From: Paraspadella gotoi
Lineage: Eukaryota; Animalia; Chaetognatha
NCBI GenBank assembly: GCA_051294375.1
Contig: CM119266.1
Location: 19,417,657-19,481,656 of the forward strand
Direction: 5' to 3'
Length of the DNA: 64,000 nucleotides
Made by a program: the position numbers and the translations under genes. This document shows positions 38,056 to 50,391 of this stretch, one piece after another. The notes beneath the pieces are model-generated. The model was not told the DNA's origin and did no database searches. It was given only the letters and a program-made list of their open reading frames with translations. Position 1 is the stretch's first letter. Each line of letters begins with the position of its first letter.

Positions 38056-39447
38056 CTATCTTAAGTGCAAAAAGAAATCGATTAGTGATTCTTGTCACCT
38101 GAGGTGACTGGAAGAACTTGAGTTAAATATTTTACAAAATTTTGAAAGAAGTATATATCAAACTTAATCAACTTTATCAACCTCGTAACAGATACAGTCG
38201 CTTTTGTCATCGTATTTTTTTAAGCGGACAACTCATCTTAGTCGATTGTTATTCTTCACATTTTATTGATAGAATTATCACCAAACGATTTAACCGACCC
38301 AAATATTTGGGTCCGAGTCTTTCAAAGCGTCGATCAAAATTTTTAAAAGGAAACCAATTTTATCTCTTTGGCGGTTGATGTCGACTATTTCGCTGAATGG
38401 ATGGAAATTTTCATCGAGAGACATCATTGGTACGAAGTTGGGGAATTCTCTTTCATAACTACACTAGTTATTCATTTTAAAAAAATCATAAATTATGAAC
38501 GACTTCCGGACGTCATAGAACTGTTTTAGCTTTTTTAATATAAATCTTCTCTCTCATTAATTTAGAGCGTTAATAATGAAAATAACAAAGCTTGCCGGGA
38601 CCTGCGAGGTCATTATCTTGTAAGAGTGATGGAGGCCTAAACCACCAAAGCCGGTCAAAGCCTGTCAAAGTCAGGGGAAAGGTAGCTTATTTATTAAATG
38701 AATGGATAATTTTGTATATTGGTTGTACCAATTTCATTTCAATCTAGTGAGGTTGTCCTCAAACAATTGATCAAAAAGGTTAACCAAGAAGGATAGAGTT
38801 GATTCTCATGCTGATTAAAAAGAGCTGTTCAGTGAACAGTGAACAGTGAACAGTGAACAGGGTTCACTCATCGAAAAGATAATGAGAAAGACAAATCTAA
38901 AAGTCGTTTCCTCAAAACCGACCGTAAATTTGTCGATTCGAAATGATTTTTTTTCATTGAGCTCCCTCCTTCAGTTTTATTTTCTTGCGGAGATTAGAAT
39001 GAGATTTGTCTAAATTTCTTACGCGTCACAACCAAACATTAATACCCAACAATCATTTTTGAAAGAAAAAAGGAACGAGATACGAAACTTAAGCGAGAAA
39101 GTAATCGCTAAACAAAACAAAAAATAAAACAAAACAAAACAAACGAACTCGATAAAGAAGATCAAGCGAAGCCCACAAAACTAATCAGAATCGGGCGATG
39201 TTCTTTCAATTACATACGGGAGCCACGACATTTCTATCGGAAAAAAAAAGGGAATCGATAAAAACGGCTTGGGTTTCCATGGCGACGCCGTATTAGTTAT
39301 TGCAGCGTTTGAATTCGTTTCCGTTTCTAAACAGATGTGGTGACACTTCATCTAAATGGCATCACCGGCACACTTAAATCAAAACGATTTCTCACTAAGA
39401 CTATGATATTGTGTAATGTGTATGTGCTATGTGCATTTGAGTGACTA

Positions 39448-39504
<57 letters not shown>

Positions 39505-39873
39505 TCACAGAGGAGATGACGCGACAAGAGATTTTTTATGTTTAAAAAAAATATTTGAATAATGATAAAAACGCAGTTGAACGTCGAAGCCAAGCTCTCG
39601 CAAGCAGACGAGCTTGTTTTCGCTTTTACCTCGAAAAAGGAAATGACGGAAATGCAGAGTCAATGATGACAAGGTGAATTAAATGGTAATGTAGATTAGA
39701 TGACTATGTGGATTAGAAAGTGGATTAGATGACAATGTGGATTAGAAAGTGGATTAGATGACAACCTGGATTAGATGAAAAAATCGATTAGATGGCAATG
39801 TGGAATAGAGACTGCGTTGTGTGTACTAGTGTTTATCAAGTGTTATCCCAAATGATCGACGGAACGAAAGACC

Positions 39874-39920
<47 letters not shown>

Positions 39921-40159
39921 GGAGAATTGACTAAAAGAGTTGTCCCTCGAGAACTTGCGACTCACCCTAAAAACTGTGAGAATTGTGAGAACTCTAGCAG
40001 TGACGACCAGAGCGACGACAACGACGCTACCGAGGGAAAACCTCAATTTGATGATGACGATGATGATGACGGCGATGATAACGCTGATGATCGAAGTCGA
40101 TGTAAAAGCAATTCCACTCACAAGCAAAGATACTGAATGGGCTTGGAGAAAGAAAAGAG

Positions 40160-40195
<36 letters not shown>

Positions 40196-42185
40196 GAGAG
40201 AGAGAGAGAGAGGAGGAGAGAGAGAGAGAGAGAGAGAGAAGAGAGAGAGAGATTTCAGGTAGAGGTAGTGCAAATCACTAAATGGCGAATGCATGAAAAG
40301 AGTAAAGAAGAATCTCTCTTTGAAAATGTTCATCGTTTAGTGGAGAGTCGATCAGCTGCTCTCAACTCAGATCATTTTAGTAATTTATTATTTTATATCG
40401 GAGGTCGTAGAATAAGGTTTTGCGTAATGGAGCGGAATGCCTCGGGAGGATTTTACTTTGCGCCGGCGAGTACTCGCTCGGAAACTGTTACAAGACGGGT
40501 CGGTTTATCCCTCTGTCTCTCCGTCAGTATTTCCCACTTACGTTTGAAATGCTCATAACTCGGGTAATTCTGCATAATTAAATACACTACTTAACGAGAA
40601 AAAAAAAGTGAAATTGAAAATACTTAAATGTGGAGAGTTTAAAGTATTCGCAGTAAGTTCAAGAGGTCTGCAGCGGTCGCCGCGGTATCGCAGCGTCGGC
40701 GGATACGACGGCGGCAGCGGCCTCGACTGCCGTAATGATGCCGTGACCGAAGTTCGTGATCCTTCCGAGGATTGGGTCAACAGACTCAACACTAATCATT
40801 TCGCCGTGTCTGACTATCTTACCGTTTCGTCGACTCACACGTGCAAGAAAAAATCCAGAACATGTACCGAATTTCTTTATTTTATCTAAGAGACTATTTT
40901 TTTATAATCGAAATGTGATTTAAACATCTAGTTAAGGAAATAAATTTTGTTTGTTTTGGCAAAGTTTATTTAAACTTGAAAATAAACTTTGCCGTTGCCA
41001 AAACAAACAAAATGTCTTTCCTTCATTTGAATCAAACGCGATATAAGTAAAAGGAATTTGCACAAAGAAATAGTTGTAGTTTAGCCCAGTATCTGCGTTG
41101 GGCCGATGAATCAATTTTGAATTTTGATTAACGTTTCTCTTGCTTGGTTAGTCTCTAAGTTTGTCTGTCATCTGTGGGCATAAAGTTAAAGGGGATCGGC
41201 GATTGGAGGAACGATATTTGCGACCAGTCGATCATGTTTGCGTTTGCAGCAACATGCTCCCGGAGTCACGAGAACGTGTACTGGAAAAAAAAGCCCTAAG
41301 AATGCCGCCTGCGCCAGAGGATCTGCGTTAAGATGCGACGTCATAATTTGATTAATAGCGAAAATGTTTTGCTCATTTTTTTTGGTGTGTTTTTGAGATG
41401 TTTCATGGGCGCTTTCAACTTTATCACAAACTGGATGTTTAACGTTATTGATAATTATCTTTGCTAATTAAACCAAGCTTTAATTTTCGTGGGTGACTTA
41501 TACTGCAGCTCCCTCGATACCGTAAATTTTGCTGAATTACTGTTAATTCTTATTTTGGTGTAGTCATGCAATTTAGCAGAAAGAAAATTACCATTATTTA
41601 TCATGTTTTTGAAAAAAATTGCCGGTTTGTTTTTTAATATAATTTTGCTGGAGAAATGATATTAGTAGTTGGTGATCAATTGATTTTGTTGGTATCATGT
41701 AAAAGTTGAATTCCTTTATCAAAGCAAATTATTCTTTTGGTATTATTTTTTTCTTTCAAAAGAAAGAAAGATTTTTTCGATCGATTTAATTCGTCGTTTA
41801 TAAATGAAGTAAATAATTATTTTCACGCGGAGCGTCGATCCTCCGTCACATTACTGTTTGACAATTCGCGTTTGTGATAATAAAAGTGAAAAGTGAAAAG
41901 TGCTGTTGCTGAAAACTGTCGTCGATGGAAGGCAATTAAATTTTTTACTGAATGACTCTTGTCTTTTCTGTCAGTGAAGCTCTGTAAAAGTAGTTACCTC
42001 CGAGGCAACAGTCACTGCAACGATCGGCGTAATCGAAAAAAAGACGTAAAAGGCGCCATGACATTGTTTTGACGCAAAAAAGAGACGGGGGGGGAAAAAC
42101 ACGCAAAGAAAATTAAGAAAAAAGAAAAAAAGAAAAGAAGAAAAAAGGAAAGATTTGTTGGAGAGAAAGATTGAAAGAAAAAACA

Positions 42186-42265
<80 letters not shown>

Positions 42266-44277
42266 AAAAGATAGAATGAAAGAAAGAAAAGAAAGGAAAA
42301 AAAACGAGAACGTTGCCGAAACGCATCCAGAGACTAGGTAGTTGTTGGCACATGAAATAGGCGCCTGGGAGGAGGAGGAGGAGAATGAAGAGGAGGAGGG
42401 GGAGGAGAATGAAGAGGAAGAGGATGAAGAGAAGTCGGAAGTGAGTGCGTTTCGTACGCGTTCTTTTTCCCCGTAATTTTTTCATTGTCTCATTTGTTGT
42501 TTCTTACATGAAAGAAAGGCTAGTTATTAGTTGTAGTTTTTTTGTTTTTTTATAATGCGTCGATAATAAAGATTTTATTTTGTTAAATTGTTTTTAAAAA
42601 ATCGAGAGGAACTATTTCTGACTTGAGCTAGTATATTTCATAGAAATAGAACAAAAAACGGAGGTAATAATTGCAATAAAAAGAATGCACATTTTTACAT
42701 TGTACCCTAAGCGCTTATATAAGGTTTTCTATATTTCATAATCATTAAATAAGATATTCTTGCAGAATATTTAACCTTATTCTCATGATATTGTAGTGAC
42801 GTAATATCACTCCCGATTGGATATGGCTGTTCCGTCCCTCAGCACTGTAATAACCGTAGTAATCCAATGGTCCCGGGTTCTATTCCTGGATGAAACGCTC
42901 TTTGGCTTTGGAGACTTCTACGCGACCCGATCCGCAACTTCGGGAGAGAGAACGTACTGTAGACCCCAGAATCAGTGGCTCTGAAGTATTAATAAAAAAA
43001 CGTTTTTAGACCAGTTTCAAGCCAGGAAACTGACGGAAAAATCTCCCAGGCCCATTGGACAATAGGACTTTCCTTTGAAAGATGATTTTTTTTCTTTCAT
43101 TTTTTTTTCATTACATATAAGACAAAACTAACCTCCCTCATTCTCTAAAATATTAACAAATATGCTAAAAGTATATAATATTGAAATTTACTTATTAGAA
43201 ATTTAAGATATTTTGTACTAAGTTAAAAATGTTTTTTCTTTAATAAAAGTTATTACTTAAATGAAATTATAACAAAATTTTTGTATATTTCAAAAAATTT
43301 TCTTTAAAAATAGGGTAAAACAAGTAATCTTGTAACTTACATATACTGAGATATATAAAAATAAAGTTAGTAATTCCGAATTTTTCCAGGTTTAAAAAAA
43401 GAATAAAAAGAAGGTTTTATGGTTCTAATACTAAGTCTAAGTTAGACACTCTTTAAATTATTGCGTAATCCCGTTTGCCTTTTGTTAAACATGCAATCAC
43501 AGCGATAGCTCATTCCAAAGTACTCGTCCTCTATCGTTTAAATGACCTCTAAGCAAAAGACAATCATTTACATGAGCTTTCTTTTTAGTTGAGCCGCGAG
43601 TACTCGCAAATACTCGCGACTGTCGCGAGTACTCTATAAGTCAATAATCAACCCTATATCTCTTTCCGTCTGTTTATCTGTCTAAATTTATTTATTTATT
43701 TTTTTGTTTGTAAGTCTATCTTATTTACATTTTAAATAATCATAACTAGGGTAATCCTAATTTTTTTGGTGAATTATATTTAACCTCTTTTCCTTCTTTG
43801 TTTTTTATTTCTAAACTTTTTTGTGCTTATCATTTTTATAAGATTGTAATGTTTTACGATGGCTTGAAGCCCTTCAAACAAATACCGCTTTAAATAAGTT
43901 ACAGCGATTCACAATATTTTAACTAAATCCCTCGTTAGTTATATTTGATCACCAAAAAAATTGTTTTTATGACTCGATATTAAATTCGGCGATTATGGCG
44001 TAATTTACATATAATGATTTTTATAAATATATATTTTATTACTATATAAAAATTGGGTCATGTGATAAGAGAGTTAATGGGAAATAGTTTGTGTAATACT
44101 AAGTAAATTTAGTTAATAATTTTTAAACACGTGGTCAATTATAAGACGCTTAAAATGTGTATATATTTTACTTGATTATATTATATACATATTTACTTAT
44201 GTATGTAGAAAAATAGAATAAATTGGTGTAGATAGTTTTTAACATTTACTTTCGGTAACAACAAATACAAATTTTTT

Positions 44278-44520
44278 GGCTCTCTTTACCAAAAGGACCC
44301 CATTTTTGTTGTTTAATCCTTAAACCCAATTTTAACCCTAATATTAAAACTTAATCTATCACCAAACCCTTAACCTAATTCTTAATCTTAACCTAATCCC
44401 TCACCTTAATCCCTACCCTAATCCTTAACCTTAATCTTTAACCCTAACCTGAAACTGTAATTCCTAACCTCTGAATTAACATTTAAACTTAAAAATATTG
44501 AGAATGAAATGGGGCTTATA
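44278..44520. mobile_element. MITE with degenerate CCCTAA-like interior (reverse orientation)
   Basis: GGCTCTCTTTACCAAAAGGACCCCATTT at the left and AAATGGGGC at the right. Confidence 0.6.
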
Positions 44521-44538
44521 TAGTACATTGAGCATTGA

Positions 44539-44613
<75 letters not shown>

Positions 44614-44946
44614 GAAAGAGCGAGTCGAAGGCAGAACAAGAGGAGGAGGTGGAGGAAGAATGGAACTGTATATAGAGGAAGAGGAGGCGAGAGTAAGCAC
44701 GTTCTAGCGCGCGGGCCTCTCACACACAAAAAAAAAAACCCAGACTTTTTTTTTTCTCCCCGTTCTCACTTTCAATTCTTTCAATGCCATGTTTTCTGAC
44801 TTTCAATTCTCCATGCCATGCTTTTGAGATACAATTACCGCCGTTCCATGGGTTTTCTACGGCGCTGGAGCAATTTTCATTGAGTTCACTACGTCACTAT
44901 GACAACGAGAAGAAAATAAATTGATTTTGAACTCGACTCGGCAAAT

Positions 44947-47031
44947 ATGGCAGAGAAACGAGTAAAGGATCACTCTCCGCCCGCCAGGGCCGACACGTTG
45001 CTAATGGGTTTGGGCGTGCCTGTCGGAACTGGGGCAGTAGTTGGGGCGGTCGGGGTCAATCGACCCAAGTTCAGGCACGCCTCAGCCTTCGTGGACCTCA
45101 AATCGGAAAAGGTGAATAACAAGCTTGTCTCGAATTTCATAAGAGAGGCATATTTTATTTTCGAACACTCGAACGAGCTGGTTCCGCATTTACGCGTTTT
45201 CGTTCTGAATACAACAATTTCGTCTCTATAAATACATTTGTGTTTGTAGGTACATTAGACTGAAAGGAATATACAAATCCGTCATCAACGACCCTCGAAA
45301 TGTGAGTTTTCTTAACGGATATTAATTAATGACAGATCACGGATGTCTCCGATTTTTTGGGGCGCGTTTTTGCTTTGGATCCCTATTCTGAGTCGCTTTG
45401 GCCAAGATTTACGGAAGAGAAGACAAGGATTTGGCTAAATGCATTGGTAAATTGCTTTCTTTTTTTTTTCTTTTATATTTGGATCGCCAACGCCAGGAAA
45501 AAAGTGAAAGTACAAAAATGCGTAGTAATATATCAATGAAGGTAAGAAATGTAAGGTAGTGTTAGCGAATGAGACAATATAATGAAAAAAACTTTTCTTT
45601 TCAATTGGCATCTGTTGGGTGTCGAGGGACCGGTCAGAGCTTCCCTATATTCTACACTAGAAGCTGTAGATTATATGCTATGGAAGAGGCTTGTTTTACA
45701 GGGAGCCACCAAACTATATACTATGTATAGTATACAGCATCACGATTTTAATTGCTTGCAATGATAACATGGTTCAATAATTTATAAATCGCAGTATCAT
45801 AAATCAGTGAAATATTTAATTTCCTCGCTCAAAATACAACAATCAATCTTGGTGTAGACATATAATCTCATAAATTTTAAGTTTTAAATTTAAATCACAA
45901 TTTAAAGTTTAGTTTTTCTCTGCTTCCTGTATTTAATGCAAAGATTGTCTCCAGTCTTCGCCCTCCCCCCGACTCTAATGTCCTCGCCCGCCTCAGATCA
46001 GGTCGTCACATTGGCGATGGCGTCAGAAAAGCTACTGCGTAATTACCTACGACACGGAAGGCGATGAGAGCGGCGCCATTAAAGCTGCCTCGTTGTGGAA
46101 CGTCAAAACGAATCCAATGACATACGCCCTCGCCTTTGTCGACTGCTTTTGCCAATTCGGTCTTCTGGAAACGTTGAGGTTTCTCGGCGTCATCATATTC
46201 ACTATGAACTGGGACTTTCGCGATCTTTACAGAGATATGCACACCTGGCTGAGGAGGGAAACGCCCAGGGCCCCGATCTACCATCTCGACTTTATCGGTC
46301 AGCAGGGAAAAGCCAGGAATAGGGTTCGGGATTACAGTTAAGGACTAGGGATTAGACGGATTAGCTTAAAAGTTTAAGAGTATGTTTTGTTAAGCCTTAA
46401 GCATTAAGGTAAAAATTAAATTAAAGGAACAGAAGGGCCAGGGGCGCTGTTTTAAATGAGAGCAAAAAATAGTAATGGAAGCCGGTAGCCGAATATAGGA
46501 TGAAAGTGAGATATAAAGAGCTGCGCACTGGTGTACCTAAGTTCAGGCATTTTTTTTATTATTTCCTTCGGGTTTTACTTTGACTTGTTTGCTATCTTAC
46601 TCGAATTTAATTCTACGCGATGAACGAATTTAAATCAACACTAATATATATTTGATTTATATTATAAATTATAAAGTTTTGAAGTGAAAACAATTTAATG
46701 GATGTCATATAAGTTAAGCGTCACAAGTTTCTACTCTTACGTTATTTTTGAGAAGGTCTTTTTGCCTTCTCTCTCCTTAACAGGAGCTGACCCCGCCCAC
46801 CAAGGACAGGGCTATGGGTCATCCTGCATCCGGTTCGGCATCTCGGCCGCGGAGGCGGGAGGTGCATCGCTGGCAATGATCAGTTCCAACACTCGCAACA
46901 TCCCCTTCTACGTCCGCAACGGCTTTCAGCCACTATCCACCAAAGTCTCCGCAGGCGTTAGACTCACCGCCATGGTTAGACCTCTCGCGGACAAGATTAG
47001 AATTTTACTCACGCAAGGGAAAGATAAATGA
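44947..47031 (+). CDS. GNAT-family N-acetyltransferase, five exons: 44947-45111 (uncertain), 45250-45301, 45336-45446, 45997-46297, 46784-47031
   Basis: Exons 2-5 join in frame with GT-AG sites: ...DFLGRVFALDPYSESLWP...AASLW...IYHLDFIGADPAHQGQGYGS...SNTRNIPFYVRNGF...MVRP. QGQGYG is the acetyl-CoA binding motif A and N..FY...GF is motif B. Exon 1 and exon 2 phases do not match as assembled. Confidence 0.88.
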
Positions 47032-48251
47032 ACATCGCGATAAGAATCACGTCGTCAGTTTTTTCCGCGGCCTAGTCTAAAAACAAGAACTGCATCTACT
47101 CATTTTGCATCGATTTATTTACTATTGTTTAAATCATTTTTAATGTCTAATGTTTGTGTTTGAGGAGTGTACGTTGTACGAGCGGATCTTACTATCAATA
47201 TCATCTCATTTAAAATATTTTCATTATTCGTTTGAAGATCGAGAATAGTATTCAAAATAATAGAATGGTAGAATTGGAGACAAAAACGTAAATATTTATA
47301 AACTGTTATAACAAGATAGATAGATATGTATATTAATTATGTAATGTACTACATACGAAAACGTTAACTATGGCAACTGTGAGATTGCCTGAGATACCAT
47401 GGGCGTGAGGGATCTTATCAACTGACTGAGTGATAAGACTAAAAATATAAACAACACTAATAGAAACTGTCATAACGTGAATTAAAATTAATCCGTAAAA
47501 AGTAAGTTGGAATCGTTTGATGAAATCTTCGACGGATTTGAGTCACTTGGTAGGAAATTAGGAAGTCAATGGAAAAAGGGAAAGGAAACTTGAAAGAAAA
47601 CTGCGGGGGAGTCGATGTGAGTCGATGTAAGTCGATGTGAGGATGTGAACACCTGTGTTTGTCTTGGATCCAAAATAGAAATTTAAATGCATTGAGTTTT
47701 AGGGGGAAAAATACCTACATGTAAAATGCATTGAGCGTTTTAAGTAAATGTTTCATTTTAAAACACATCCTATAAATATGTATAAATTTCGCAGCACTTA
47801 TTAACAATGAATGCAATAATTCAGACACGAATGTAGATTAGACATTAAATTGAAATAACAAAACAAAAATCTAACTTTTCCTTTTATGATAAATTGGATT
47901 CCTTAACTTTTGAAGTCAATTACTAGTAAAGCAGCATTGTGTGTATTTATTAGTTTTATTTAAAATAAAACACAATAAACAGTAGAAACCACGAACAAAA
48001 GAGCAAACCGTAAATGGAAAATGTTTTGAAGAACACAGTTCTACTGGCCATCCTGGTTCCAAAAAAAAAAAAGAATGAGGCGAAAGTTGTAGTCTGGCCT
48101 TTTTAAAAGCTCTACCCCTTCTACAGAATTTACGGAGAAAAAAAAACCGTATCATTTTAAATTATTATTTAAGAAAATTTAAGAATTTAAGAAACTTCTG
48201 TTTCTCTATTTCTTTCAGATTTAAGGAAGAACAAAAGGGGCGAGCTTTAAA

Positions 48252-50391
48252 TCACGTGCGCGAGGGATCCCGTATATCCTGAAATGGACGTTCCCACTCT
48301 TCCGCGTGACGTTTGGCGTACCTGGCGTGGTTTTCCTTCTTTCTATATCTTTTACATTTGCAACTCTTGACGACTCTGATGCTGTAGATACGAACGGTGC
48401 CGCCGGGACACGAAAGAGTCACGCGACGTCTCACGACGGCGTCACGCACGCAGTGAAACGAGGATCTTTTACGTTGACTTTTCGTCTTCACAAATTCTGC
48501 ATACCAAGGAACTGCGGCGGGAGGAAGACAGAACCCAACGCACAACACCTCCATTAAAGGTTTTCTGGCGCTAATGTCGTTCGGGATGGGATTAGGAAAA
48601 CACATCGAACTCATACTTAATATTTAGACCAAATTAAATATTAATTATTATAATATTTATTTATTGATAAAACTTACCGACAAAATCCATCGCTGATATA
48701 CCGTTTCGATCGTAAATCGCGGCAACCCAAATCTTCCGATTGTGACCCTAAAATGTTATGCTTAATAATTTTTTTTATTTTTCTTTTGTTTAAAAAAAAA
48801 ACAAAAAAACAAAAAAATTAAAACTCGGCCACTTTTAACAATACAAACATTTTTTTAATAAATTTTGTTTTGTCCTACTACTAAATATATTTTTATCGTT
48901 ACGTACAACTACTATTCAACTTAATTTTAAAAAGGTTTTAAAGAGGAAGCATCTTGATTGTTAAAAAGTCAGTAGGAAACGCTACGTCGTATAATGTAAC
49001 AAATTATAGTTTTTCTCGAGAAGTTTATTATAATTTAGTATAGTTAAAGATATCTTTCGTAAAATTATTTTTTCAAGGATTAAAAAAAAAACGTAGATGG
49101 AAGACCAGGTGCATCGGAAGTTCTGTGGGAGATGCAACGGGAGGTGCAACAGCAGGTGCAACAGCAGGCCAAATATTTTCTTTAACTTGAACGAAATTCT
49201 TTTTGGGCCTCCGACGAAGAGTCCAGACTACAAGAATCTCGTGCTTATTTAACATACACATAAAAATTTGATAAAAGAAAAAAATACTCTTTTATAAGGA
49301 TATGTTAATATAGATTTTTTATGATTTTTTGTAAAACTATGTAACATACTTTCTCAATCTGGCAATTCTCCCCAATTATTTTTAAGTACATAGCAAATTT
49401 TTTTCACGAAAAATAAAGTCTATTCGTAAGTGTATCTCTCGAGCTACCATAATTTTAGATAAAAGATAAAAGTAACAACAATTTTTAAATTTACTATATA
49501 ACAACCGTGATCCGATAAGAAAAGCATTATAAGAGATTTAGAAGGATACCAGATGGCTATGTGTCGCGTCGCCCCAGACTAACCCAGACAAAAAAATTAC
49601 CTTTTTATTAATATTTGCGCAAAAAATTGATTTGGTGATGAGGGAAGCAAACTACAAAGCCGAGCAAAATTTATGAGTTATTGCGTAAAAGATTATAACG
49701 TCGATTATAACGTCTTTTTAACGAAAAAAAGCATGAAAACTTTCCTTTTCGGTCGGTCTGTCTGTCCCACTTGCATTGAAAATGTATAAAACTCGGGTGC
49801 TAATATTACATCTGTTCTGGTAATACTGACGATTTTTCTTAAGCCAATCCTAGTGGCGTAAGGTTAAAACCTGGCCATCCCAAGCGGCCATTGAGGGTCT
49901 TCATCTCTAAACGCCAAACATGCTTTTGTAACCCATTTATGTACAAATCTAGATGCAGACGTAAAATTCTTATTTTATATAATACATATATTCAGTAGGA
50001 ATGATTAAATTAGGTAAATTAGTTGCACATATTGTAGTTCAAGTTTTAAAAGTATGATTCTTATTTTAGTAGATTATTTATTATTTTAAATTTGAGATTT
50101 TTATTCTGTTTTTCATACAAGCAGTTAAAGGAAAATAAATTTTTAGTCATTAAATTTTGTCCAACTAACAATTTATAAATAAGTTGTATTTAAACAAAAC
50201 AGTACATATAAATATATAAAGTAATGTTAGAACTCACGTGAGGGTTTTCTTTGCCGGTTGTCTCTTTCCTCCAATGTAGAAAACGGAATAGCCACATCCG
50301 ACAATATTAAGAGGAGAAACGATGAAGACAAAAATAACAACATGTGGATTTGCTTCGCATATAGGGCTGGAAGTGGGAAGAAGTATGGCAT
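48252..50391 (-). CDS. SOSTDC1: Sclerostin/SOSTDC1(Wise)-like secreted cystine-knot protein, three exons: 50391-50238, 48747-48678, 48570-48252
   Basis: Phase-compatible GT-AG joins give a signal-peptide-like MLLFLSSSFLLLILSDVAIP (ATG at 50391 or 50343), then GCRDLRSKRYISDGFCRARKPLMEVLCVGFCLP...CV.D.VVRRRVTLSCPGG..R.Y.IRVVKSCKCKRY, the sclerostin-family cysteine pattern. Confidence 0.93.

Noticed and set aside
40553-40889. GC-rich patch with overlapping ORFs on both strands
   Set aside because: It may be an exon, but strand, frame and splice sites could not be fixed and no homology was recognised.
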